DNA of 64,000 nucleotides, from the NCBI GenBank assembly GCA_964016885.1, contig OZ024745.1, positions 103,540,001-103,604,000 of the forward strand. Reading direction: 5' to 3'. Both the position numbers and the translations under genes were made by a program. Under the pieces are notes generated by a model. The model worked only from the letters and a program-made list of their open reading frames with translations. It ran no database searches and was not told the DNA's origin. The DNA comes from Eledone cirrhosa (taxonomy: Eukaryota). Below are positions 40,901 to 52,246 of this stretch, piece by piece (the first letter of the stretch is position 1; each line of letters starts with the position of its first letter).

Positions 40901-41020
40901 ACACCTCCACCACCAACATCACCAGCACCACCACCAACATCATCACCACCATCACCACCAACATCATCACCAACATCACGACCATCACCAACATCACCAC
41001 CGCCACTAACAACAACAACA
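37960..41020. repeat. About 3-kb minisatellite, 18-bp base unit ACCACCAACATCACCTCC with triplet-length variants
   Basis: Directly visible. Higher-order duplication (catcacttcc at 39291 and 39474, 183 bp apart). Confidence 0.95.
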
Positions 41021-41035
41021 TTAATAACACTCATG

Positions 41036-41216
41036 ATAATTATTTCTACTATAGGCACAAGGCCAGCAATTTTAGGGGGAGGAGATAAATCGATTAAATT
41101 GACCTCAGTACATTACTGGTGTTTTATTTTATCAACCCCATACGGACTCAGAACGTAAAGGGCCGTAACTCTCTCCAGGGTGTCAAACGCTCTATCGATA
41201 TTGCCAATCCACTGCC
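41036..41216 (-). mobile_element. tRNA-derived SINE (Ceph-domain-like, internally deleted)
   Basis: Reverse complement of gggcagtggattggcaatatcgatagag...aattgctggccttgtgcctatagtagaaataatt. Confidence 0.8.
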
Positions 41217-41262
41217 CTAATAACATCCATAACAAAAATATTCCTTTTTTTTCCATTTAAAT

Positions 41263-42876
41263 CAGAGGTTCTGAAACTTTTGGGGCCACTGCTCCCTTCA
41301 TAACCACATAATACCCTCAGCATCCCCAACCCTATTTCCAGAGAGACCTGCCTATGCAAATTGTAAATAATATATATATATATATATATATAAAATTCTT
41401 TGGCTCTCTCTCTGTCTCTTCATTATACATTCTCAAATGGCTCGACCAAATCAAATCAAATTTTACAAGTTAATAGTATTAGACTCCGGGATTAACAACC
41501 TATTTTTTATTTTCATTTGAATTAAAACGATATAACATCATCATCATCATCATCATCGTTTAACGTCCATCTTCCACGCTAGCATGGGTTAGACGGGAGT
41601 TGTCCCACTTGAGGCAAGGTTGGTCGGGTGACCGTGTCTCGCTCATATAGGACTATCTGGCAGGTTTTCTATGGCTGGATGCCCTTCCTAACACCAACCA
41701 CATTTACAGTGTGTAACTAGGAACTTTTTACCGTGTTACCTACACGGCCACATTACAGTGTGGACTGTGTGTGTTTTTTTCTTTTGTGACACCTACACAA
41801 TCTCGATCTCATTATCTCATTTATTTGGACTGGATGTTATGGTACCAACTTTACAGAGAGAAGGTGGTGTTGGTGGGAGTGGGAGGATAGGGTAGGGGTA
41901 GTGGGGTGGGGTGTATATTTGGTTGAGAGGTGCCTACTGACTGTAGGTTTCGCTTTGTACATAGGCAAGGCGGGTCTTCTGTATTACTTCGTAGCGCCAA
42001 AGATCTCGGTCCAGTGACATTGTCTTAGAGAGGTGCAAGTGTGTCAGGTCGGAATTTATCAGATCGTCCCAGGTTTAACACTTTATCTAAAATAATCTAC
42101 TATAGAAAATTTAGTAAACGGATATTTTATAACACAACGATGACATCACATTTTGTATATGAGTGTGTCTGTGAGTGCATGTGTGTTTCAGCATTTGTTA
42201 TGTACGTTATGCCTTAGTAAGTTACATACACACACATCTTGAGCTAAATATTTAATCAGATACAAGAGAATTAAACACACACACATCTACACATACATCT
42301 CGTACATATGTGACGACTGACAAGTATATGTGTGTGTGTGAGTATATGTGAGAGCGAGTATACATACATTTCTGTGATGACTCTACTACATGCTTCTCCC
42401 ATGGTCAACTCTGTGTTGGTTGCTCACGAGTTGGAAGCAACAACAATTCATTCATTTGCACACCAACAACAAATTACACAATGAATATTGTTTACCCTGG
42501 AGTGCTTCAAGATTGATAGATTTTCGTTTCTAAATTCTATTATCATTACAATTTTGATATTTTTTTTTATAAAAGATATTTATTGTTTACTAATCTGAAT
42601 AAGAACAGCAGTAACCAGGGTAACGCTGGGTCATTCAGCTAGTATATAATAAATAAAATCGTTAATTTATATACAATAAATAATATAGTATATACTATGT
42701 AAAAATAAATATTATATATCTTTTTATTTTACTATATTTATATATAATATGTATCATTTGATATTTAATATACTATTATATAATCCCTACTGCCCCCTTA
42801 GGCACCCAGCGTCCCCCTTGGACCCTCTCAAGGCCCCCCACCCCAGGGGAAAGTACCACCCACTTGAAAACCTTTG
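41263..42876. mobile_element. hAT-like MITE containing a nested Helitron-like element (about 41385-42642), which contains an RTE 3' end (about 41536-42075, minus)
   Basis: Ends cagaggttctgaaac / ttgaaaacctttg with near-matching 8-bp flanks atttaaat / agttaaat. Hairpin ccagggtaacgctgg plus ctagt near 42640. RTE piece matches 22620-23105. Confidence 0.55.
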
Positions 42877-43115
42877 AGTTAAATCTTTGTGTCCTGTGGT
42901 TGCCTAACCTCAACATCAAAACTTACAATCTGGTGTCAATATGGCTGGCATATAAAATGTTGGTGTGATGGATTAAATTTAACTGACAAAATAAACATTA
43001 GAATAATTATTATTACCAAAATTATCTTAATCATTATTACTGTTATTATTACTATCAGTTATTGTTTTAATAAAAATGCTAGTAATTATAAATGTTAATG
43101 TTGTTAGCGATGTAG

Positions 43116-43146
43116 TAGCAGCAGCAGCAGCAGCAGCAGCAGTAGC

Positions 43147-43181
<35 letters not shown>

Positions 43182-43240
43182 CAGCAGCAGCAGTAGCAGC
43201 AGCAGTAGCAGTAGTAGTAGTAGTAGTAGTAGTCGTCGTC
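43116..43240. repeat. (AGC/AGT)n microsatellite
   Basis: Directly visible. Confidence 0.95.
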
Positions 43241-43599
43241 TTTTCATTCAGCTAGCTAAAATTACTTTCTATTAAATCTCATCACAAATTGTCCTCAATG
43301 TTTTTTTTTACAAGACTATTAAGATGAATTAAACAATTTGATTTGGTTACAAGATAATAACATGTACTATGGTAGCCTGATAACACAATAACAAACAAAA
43401 GGAAATATATTTATATGTGTGTGTGTGTGTGTGTGTGTCTGTTCTGAAGAGATTGTTTTGGTAAAAACAAGAGCAAACAGGAGAAAGCTCTTAACATTTG
43501 TAGTTTGTAGTTACTATATATATATACATATATATATATATATTTATATATAACCCATGCTAGCGTGGAAAGTAGATGTTAAATGATGATATATATATA

Positions 43600-43677
43600 G
43601 TAATAAACAACATAAGATAATTATTTCATTTACCAGTGGTTTCTTGAAGGCAGATGTTGTGTCTGTCTTCAGTCGTC
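43600..43677 (-). mobile_element. 5'-truncated copy of the 63670-63730 hammerhead module between (TA)n tracts
   Basis: Same sequence as 63645-63722, truncated inside CUGACGA. A hairpin copy of the 3' half is at 25468-25574. Confidence 0.75.
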
Positions 43678-43699
43678 TATATATATAGATAGATAGATA

Positions 43700-44272
43700 C
43701 CTTTCTTTATTTGCCACAGGGGCGTACAAAAATGGGACATTACAAGACATGATGGCAGGGGTTTTACATAAAATCTTTAACAATGATAAATAACAATAAA
43801 CTATATAAAAATAAAACAATTGAAATCCCCATTAAGGGGCAGGGGTAACGTTACTGCAGGGTTGTTTTACACCCCGTGGATGGAACAACCCTCAACACCA
43901 GGAACATGCTTTGTAGGCGTTCCTGTCTTCCCTCTGTTTATCTTCCTCAACCTACAGGTTTATATACAGAGAAGGGCCATACACTCGGGCCATTTTTGCC
44001 ACATTCACCCACCTTTCAGCGAATTTACTGGGGTATAGCACCTCTCTCTCCACTCTCACCTTCCTTCTGAAGTGGTACTTAAAGAAGGGGATGAGTTGTT
44101 GTCCGGAGAGAAATGTGTTTGCCCTCAGTCCTTTTAACCTCGTCCACCATATTACCTCTTTTGCCATAGCCACCAGACAAAAGAAAACCGCCTCCCCTTC
44201 ATTCTTAAATGAAGGCGGCGGGGTGATCCTCAAGATGGACTCGGCTGACAACTGGATGCGTCCTACACGTCT
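43700..44272 (-). mobile_element. Tx1/L1-like LINE 3' end
   Basis: EGEAVFFCLVAMAKEVIWWTRLKGL...KFAERWVNVAKMARV, 3' UTR with aataaa, ending in (TATC)n. Confidence 0.65.
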
Positions 44273-44840
44273 GTCTATATATATATATAGATAGATATGT
44301 GTGTGTGTGTGTGTGTGTGTATACAGGGTGTCCCAAAAATGTATACACACTTTTATTAAAATGCTGTTGAAGTATGTATACATTTATGTTAAAGTATTGT
44401 TGGGAAGCTGATGATTCAGATAAAGCTAAGATCCTTTTTTTTTTATTAATCTATTCTCTCCATTTTTGTATCCATCTCTTCATCTTTCTCCACAACTCCT
44501 GCTTCATTGTCTTTGTCCCTATTTTTCTCCTCTCCTCCTCTTCCCTTCTCTCTCTCTCTCTATAACTCTCTCATTCCTCATCTCATACTTTAGACTCTTT
44601 TTCCCTCTCTCTCTCCCACTCTCCATTTGATTTGTAGTTACGTCTTAACACCCCCCCCCCCCCCACACACACACACACACACTCACAAAAAAAAAAACAT
44701 TTTACTATGCAAATAGTATCCAGCTGGTTACAGCTACCTTTCGTGCTGAGAATACTCTAATTTTATGAAGAATATATATATATATATATATTCTTTCTCA
44801 CGTCGTGTAGACGCGTTCTTGAGGCTAGTAAAATGAGGTA

Positions 44841-44930
44841 TCCTCTTGATAAGTCGGCAGACCTCGCAAGGACTCTATATCTTTATGATGTATTGTTTTT
44901 GTTTATGCCACGAAACTACGTAGTCGAGGA
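44841..44930 (+). ncRNA. Complete type I hammerhead ribozyme, U3:A8 core variant, long loop II
   Basis: UCCUC-UUGAUAA-GU-c-GGCA...(46 nt)...UGCC-AC-GAAA-CUACGUAG-UC-GAGGA. Palindromic stem III, GUC triplet, predicted cut after 44925. Confidence 0.8.
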
Positions 44931-45203
44931 ATCTAGGAGCAGTTTAGGTATGATACATTTTATTACTAATTATATCTAAATGTTTCTTCTTTCTTCATAA
45001 TGTATATATATATATATATAGATTTAATACATTAACAGAGAAAGCTTTAAGCAATACTCCGACCGGCTTCCGTCTCACTCAACAAACATTAGGATATACC
45101 TTAGTATAATCCCAATTATACGTTTGGGGTGCTAACTATACGTATTTTGCAGATAGCCAGTTGTATTATTTGATATGAGACATAATTAAAATACATCTCT
45201 CTT

Positions 45204-45325
45204 TCCAAACGATCGTTTCATTATAAGTTTTCTACAAATTGGGAAAATAATGTCCTGGTTATGTAGAAGCCTACACATAGTCCGTAGGAATATATGTAGG
45301 TGGGCACTTATAAATCATCAGTGGA
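45204..45325 (-). ncRNA. Complete type I hammerhead ribozyme with 77-nt structured loop II
   Basis: UCCA-CUGAUGA-U-UUAUAAGU...ACUUAUAA-U-GAAA-CGAUCG-UU-UGGA. Confidence 0.8.
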
Positions 45326-46202
45326 TGCCCGACAAATATCGATATAAAAAAAACCTTACCGATATTAATGTTCAGCGATGGTACCCCTCCATGCTGGAAT
45401 GACTGCCAAATTTGAAATTCATATTTATATATATGTACACGCACAGTGGAACCTTGGTTTACTAATTTAATCCGTTCCTGAAAGCCATTCGTCATCCAAA
45501 ATGTTTGTAAACCGAAACTATTTTTCCCATACGAAATGTTGAGAGAGAAATACAGTGACAGAGAAAATGTGTATGAAAGACAGATAGATATAACCATAGT
45601 AACTAACTACACAGAAAGTGACACTTTCCCCTTTGATACTCCCAGCTTGTCACCAACTGTTGTTGCCAGCTTGCATGCTCATTACTCAAGACAGCATTCG
45701 TCAACTGAGACATTTTATGTTCGGAAAAATTGTTCATGAAGTGAGGCTCCACTGGCATAAGCAATGACTTCATGAGCCTTTGGACTTGAGACAAACTTTA
45801 GACTTTTAGAAACATATCTATATCAATATTTTTTCCAATCTATATATAAATTTGAGTGACTTCCGTCCATCACACTATGTGTGCGTCAAGTAGAGTGTTT
45901 AATGAGAACACATCAAGACAAGATAGACAACTGATGCTACACACTAGGTCCAAACACAGAAGAGCTGAACTCCCTGACTGTTACCTATTCTATTGCCATA
46001 CCCTTCCCACTAGGTATTTAGTTTAGAGTTCAAATCTTATCAAAGTTAATTTTGTAAAACAAAAACATTTGGCTCCTCATTTTTCCCCACCCATTTTCCT
46101 TTTCTTTCTTTTCTTTATTCCTTTTGGTCATTATAATATTAAAAAATGAGACCAGCGAGGGAGATAAATAAATATATACATATACTCCAGGTCTGAACAC
46201 AA

Positions 46203-46682
46203 AAGAACCAATCTCCCAATGTCACTGCCTCCGTCTCTTCCACTCTTCCGATCTCTCCCTATTATGAGCAAATGGAGGCCCATGTGATGCCCACCCTGCA
46301 GCACTGGTGGACAGAATAGAAAAGGTGTTTCCCCGGAAGATGGTGAGGGAAACATGTTAGAAGAGCCATTCCAGTTCGCGAGGCTGATACCTGTGGGTAG
46401 CCAACTATGTACCAATGGTGGTGAGTAGGGACGTGGCCCAAGAACCAATCTCCCAATGTCACTGCCTCCGTCTCTTCCGCTCTTCCGATCTCTCCCTATT
46501 ATGAGCAAATGGGGGCCCATGTGATGCCCACCCTGCAGCACTAGTGGACAGAATAGAAAAGGTGTTTCCCCGGAAGATGGCGAGGGAAACATGTTAGAAG
46601 AGCCATTCCAGTTCGCGAGGCTGATACCTGTGGGTAGCCAACTATGTACCAATGGTGGTGAGTAGGGACGTGGCCCAAGAAC
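46203..46682 (-). mobile_element. 237-bp tandem duplication of a CRE-like LINE 3' end
   Basis: Units start at 46203 and 46440. LATHRYQPRELEWLF*HVSLTIFRGN, homologous to 54098-54380. Confidence 0.75.
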
Positions 46683-47201
46683 ACGTTACAATATAAAATT
46701 TGAAATTAACTTCATGGGTTTTGAACTCATAAACATAAAGAGACAGAATTAAATACCTGAATAGGATAAGGATAAAGATCCCATTACTCTTTGTGGAGTC
46801 GTAGAAGCAACGTCAAACTGCGTGCCTAGGGCACATTTTAAACCCTCCAGGTCTTAACACAGCTGATTTTTTTTTTCTATAGAGGAAGAATTGACCCCAG
46901 TACTGGACTGGTACTTTTTTTTCATCGAACCTGAAAGGATGAAAAGCAAAGTTAACCACGGCAGGATTTGAACTTAGAGCACGCAATGATGTGGGACAAT
47001 ACCATAAAGCATTCTGTTGGAAGTCTTAATGACTCTACCAATTCCCCACCAATTGCTGGTGGCGGCAGTTGGTGGTGGTGAACAAGTGTTTTGGATGACA
47101 TCAATAAAAGTAAATAGTATTGGCAAATAAAGCAGATAGGATGAGGGAGGGGAATCAATAAAAAAATTATTTTTCTTTTATTTTTGTGTTTGTATATATA
47201 T

Positions 47202-47284
<83 letters not shown>

Positions 47285-49639
47285 ATAAATAGTCACTTAC
47301 ATACACATATATATGTGTATATATATGTGTATATATATGTAATTTTTTTTAATTTTCTTTTATTAGATTTTTGGATTTTCTTTTGTTTGTTTATTTTCAT
47401 TTTAATTTATCTTATTTATTATTTGCTGTTTTTTTGTAATTTTTTATTTATTTATTTTTTGTTTATTTATTATTATTATTTTTTTTTTTTTTTGCATTTC
47501 AAACTCCTGAATGAAGTCAGGGTCACAGACAGACAATGTTTGTTTTCAAAGCTAAGGAGAGGTCATGGTTTAGTTGAAAGGCAGCATTGAAGCTCTGTAT
47601 TAGGTGGAGGGAATGAAGGAATGAGAGGATGGAAAAAGTGAAGGGTAGTGGGAAATGAGAAGAACTGAGAAAGGAAGTAAAGTGACAAAAAAAAAAAAAA
47701 AACAGGGTGGTGAAGGAGGGAGTGAAGAAAGGAACAGGAGCAATTCAAAAAGGTTTGTAAAAAAAAAGGCATAGAATAGGAAAGGGAGATAATAGGAATG
47801 AAATGTGAGTACAGGGAGAAAATTAAGATGAAGATGTAGGTTGTGTGTGTGTGTGTGTGTGTGTTTGTGTGTATTTCAGAGAGAATGAGGATAATGAGAA
47901 AAACATTTATTTCATAAAGGTGTGAGATAGAGGGAAAAAGAATGAGAGGAGTTGAGTTAGTGTGGGCAAAAGTGTGTTAGAGAATGGAAAATAGAGAGAG
48001 AAAGAAGAGGTATAATGAGAGAGAAAGAAGAAAGAGAGAAGCAGAGACAGACAGACAGGTGTAAGAGAGAGTGAAATATGTGTGTGGAAGTGTGGAAGAG
48101 AGAGAGAGAATGAAAGAGTGAGGATGTGAAAAACTCAATGTATCAAAGAGAGAGAGGGAGAGAGAATGAAAAAGTGTGTATGTATATTAGTGCATAAGTG
48201 TGAGAGAAGAATTGCATGTGTGTGTGAGTGCACACGTGTGTATGTGTGTGTGTAGGTTAGAGAGATCAAGGAGAAAGCTTTAGAGGAAGTGAGAAAAGAA
48301 ACTAAAATAAATGTGGAAAAGAAATTTGAAGACAGGTTGTTATTTAGCTCAGGTCAGTTCTGATCACTAAGATATATGATTAAAGACACTCAATCCATGA
48401 CCATCCAATCATTTTATTGTTTTTTGGCAAAGTGCATACAGAATTACGTTATTCAATTTGTTCTTTGTTGTTTTTTTTTGTTGTTGTTTTTAATGGTGAA
48501 ATATAAGTGACATATGGCTACTATTTCTAGCAAATCCAGTGACCATATTGTTCTACTATTACTACTTTGATCCTAAACTCCGCCAGTTGCAGACTGCATC
48601 AACATCAGATATTTTGATCACCAACAGCAGAGTTGAAAGAGCAAAGATCAAGTCCAGTCCATAGGTTGACATTATCAAGCCATCGGTTTGGCTGCCGGCC
48701 TCTGCTTCTCTTACCACCCAACTTTCCTTCCAGGCATAACCTACTTACTCCATGTGTTGATCTTTTTATATGACTGTATAGTTTGAGTACTCTTGACTTG
48801 ACAATTGATTAGTAATGTTGAGCAGCTCACTGATACAGATACAGTCGCTGAGTCACTTGCTTGTCATAAGTCTCACGATGTGGTTCTGGAATGTATGACA
48901 ATCGACAAAAACAATGCTAATCTCCAACTCATAATCTACAACCAGCAAATTGCTCAAGTTGCGGAGCTTGTATATCTCAATCACAAACTATTATCAAACA
49001 ACAATGTTTGGCCAGTACATTTAGAAAGCCTAGAGTAATGATGGCTAGATCGGCTGCATAGCTAAGATTTGATAGGATTTTACCTTCTATTTGATATTGT
49101 AACTTGTCATTAATTCATTAATTCCCTGGCTGACGATGGGTAGATAAAGAGATTGTGGTAATGGGAATGAAAGAAACAAAATATGACAAAAAGGAAACAA
49201 TCTAAATAAGGCATCTGTCTAGCCAATTCTAGCACTCCCTATTTCAGATGGAGGAAGTACTTCAGCTCTGATCATTTACACTATCTACAAAGCTTAAGTA
49301 ATATCACCATCATCGTCATCATCACTGTTTAATGTTTATTTTTAATGCTCATATGGGTTAGCCAAGCTGTCATGCTATGAGGTCAAACAGTTCAGCTAAC
49401 TAAGTCTGCTCATATATCCTTTTGGTTTGGTTTTCTACAGCTTGATGCCCTTCCTAATGGCAACCATCTTACAAGATGGACTGGGTCCTTTTTTGTCCTG
49501 GCACCAGCATGACTACCTTACTTTGGAATACTTCTTAAACCTATGGATGCTGCTGCTACTGCTGCCATACACACAAAAATCTGGAATTCTCATAAAAATC
49601 AGGGCTGAATGCTTTTTTTGTTGTGGGTACATATATACA

Positions 49640-49865
49640 TTTCAATACAAGAAATATTAGGGGAACATACTTGTCAAAATGTCTGCTAAAATCAAGCATA
49701 ACAGCCCTGATGTAGTTCTTTGGGATATAACAGAGACATTATGTATAATTGTGGTGGTCAGCTGTCCTGTTAATGTAAATATTTCTTTCAAAATCAATGA
49801 TAAAAAGATTATGAACAGATGTTCCAAACCTAAAACTTCTCTACCCAGATTACAAATTTATTAAC
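49640..49865 (+). mobile_element. Restriction-like-endonuclease non-LTR remnant (R2/R4/NeSL type)
   Basis: KIKHNSPDVVLWDITETLCIIVVVSCPVNVNISFKINDK (compare HNRPD...IIEVSCP.D.NI..K). Confidence 0.6.
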
Positions 49866-50602
49866 AAAAATAGAATGAGAAAGAACAACCTCATCTGGAA
49901 CACTGATTTCAGGAAGGACTGGAGAGACATGATCGACGATGTCTGGAACAGATCTGGCATATGATGATGATGATTATGGTGATTTGTACCCATTTACAAT
50001 CCTTACCGGAGCAAGGTGAGACATGGCCAACTCTGGCCAGATTTGCCTCCCTGCATGGGCAACCCGTCTAACCCATGCAAGCGTGGAAAAAAGGAAGTTA
50101 AACGGTGATGATGATGAAGCATTAGTAAACTTGGATTTAAATAAATGCCTTGATAGTAATCTCAGCTAGCTCAGTCTTTGTAAATTCACTTTATATGCAG
50201 AATAGTAATAGAAATATGCAAATCATTACTATAATTTATTATGTAACTTGTTATCTAAATTTCTGTGATGGAGTAGTGTTTCATTGTTAGAAACCATATC
50301 TTTCTTTATAGGAATAATTCAAATAACTGAAAAAGAAAGATATGTGTATGTGTATTTTCTTCTCTTTCCACATAATTAGCTTAAAATGATAAAACACATA
50401 TAGTAAATGCCTACTTCCGAGTAGAAAATAAAATACACATTACAACTCTTGGAAATATATATATCATGACTTCCTTCAAATGAAACAGTTCTATATTAAA
50501 TTTCTATATTAAATATTTTTATATTAAATACTAGCTCGGGATTTGCTCTAGGGTTCTTATATATTTGATATATATTTATCCTTATTGAGCCTCGTGAAAT
50601 AA

Positions 50603-50722
50603 ATACGTTTGTTTATATTTTGTTATTGTGTATGCAAAAATACCTGTACACGAATATATAATTATATATATTCATGTACAGATATTTTTGCATACACAAT
50701 AACAAAATATAAACAAACGTAT
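50603..50722. repeat. Fold-back hairpin centred on a TA-rich spacer
   Basis: atacgtttgtttatattttgttattgtgtatgcaaaaata pairs with tatttttgcatacacaataacaaaatataaacaaacgtat. Confidence 0.9.
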
Positions 50723-50723
50723 A

Positions 50724-50761
<38 letters not shown>

Positions 50762-50783
50762 TAACAGATTAAAGTTTAAGCAA

Positions 50784-50823
50784 AGAATCGTTGCTTTCAC
50801 CCTTAACGGGATCTTCTGAATCT
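50784..50823 (-). ncRNA. Degenerate hammerhead-like motif
   Basis: agauu-CAGAAGA-U-CCC-guuaa-GGG-U-GAAA-gcaacg-auucu. Core U4>A and no clean NUH. Confidence 0.4.
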
Positions 50824-51149
50824 AAAAAAATCAATCTGTGAATGCAGAAGTAAATATTTCGAAAAACGTTACACACTATATATATATATACATATATATA
50901 TATATCGGACGCCATGCTGTCCAGCATAGTTACGTCCCTTTACGATCTGAGTTCAAATCCCGCCGAGGTTGACTTTGCCTTTCATCCTTACGGGGTCGAT
51001 AAGATAAAGTACCAGTAATGCACTGGGTAATTGCTGGCCTTGTGCCTAAAGTAGAAACAACTATATATATATATACATACACACAGCGTCATAATGATGT
51101 AATGCAGACAGCCAAACATACAGACAGATATTATAAGGGCGCAACGTTA

Positions 51150-51385
51150 TATCTATGTATCTATCTAAAAAGAGAAAGACTAACAATTATAGAGAGAGAT
51201 CGCTAAATCGCCTAATGCGGTCCCTAGGGCATTGAAAATTTGAAATTTTCTTTTCTCAAAACACTTACAGGACCATAAGTATTAGATGTGTAAAGTTTGA
51301 AAACAATCGGTTGGGTTGTTCTCGAGTTTTAGTGATCGGACAGACAGACAGACACACAGACATTCTCTGTTTTAGATATATAGAT
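51150..51385 (-). mobile_element. Non-autonomous Helitron-like fragment
   Basis: Minus-strand start tctatatatctaaaacagagaatgtctgtgtg(tctg)n...aaccgattgttttcaaacttt. Confidence 0.55.
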
Positions 51386-51634
51386 TTATACTCTGCTATG
51401 TATTGAGTACCTTACTTACTGTGGTTACCCTCAATTGAACCCGGGATACACACACATATATATATAGCTGGTATCTGGATGATATGGGGTTCAATTCCTC
51501 AGGGCGGTTGTTGGCAAATTCTTTTTCTGTCTTTTAAGGGTCTTCATCATATTTTATAAGCTATCTTTATTCGATTTCTGCATTTGAGCACTTCCTTTAT
51601 ACTTATATACACACACACACACACATATATATAT

Positions 51635-51665
<31 letters not shown>

Positions 51666-51666
<1 letters not shown>

Positions 51667-52170
51667 GCAAAAGTTTTATTTAAAATTGTTGGGGTACAAC
51701 AAGTAAATATTTTATAACTGATATAAAGCACTCGACAAGTTTTGGAGTAGATATACGATATTAAACAAATGGAAACTATATTTATAAAACCATATTTATT
51801 TCATTATACATATTTCAGGGATACCATATTAAAATATGGCATGCCTTCGTCAGATAATATACAATATATAAACAGTTTTATAAATAAATAATTTTGACGT
51901 ACCCTATTATAAGCGACCATTATTTTTGGAAGCTTCCAAAAATAATGGTCGCTTATAATAGGGTACGTCAAAATTATTTATTTATAAAACTGTTTTTCCA
52001 AAAATAATGGTGGCTTATAATAGGGTACGTCAAAATTATTTATTTATAAAACTGTTTATATATTGTATTTTATCTGACGAAGGCATGCCATATTTTAATA
52101 TGGTATCCCTGAAATATGTATAATGAAATAAATATGGTTTTATAAATATAGTTTCCATTTGTTTAATATC

Positions 52171-52172
<2 letters not shown>
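51666..52172. mobile_element. Family-A fold-back module with hammerheads at 51797-51861 (minus) and 52066-52130 (plus)
   Basis: Hairpin centred on aagctt (about 51930) with an internal ~60-bp duplication. CUGACGA-AGG-c-AUGCCAUAUU-uu-AAUAUGGUAU-c-CCU-GAAA-UAUGUA-UA-AUGAAAUA. (TA)n on both sides. Confidence 0.85.

Positions 52173-52246
<74 letters not shown>

Noticed and set aside
37921-41088. Four ORFs over 1000 aa (Gly/Val/Asp-, His- and Thr-rich)
   Set aside because: By-products of a triplet-based minisatellite lacking stop codons in several frames on both strands. No domain content.
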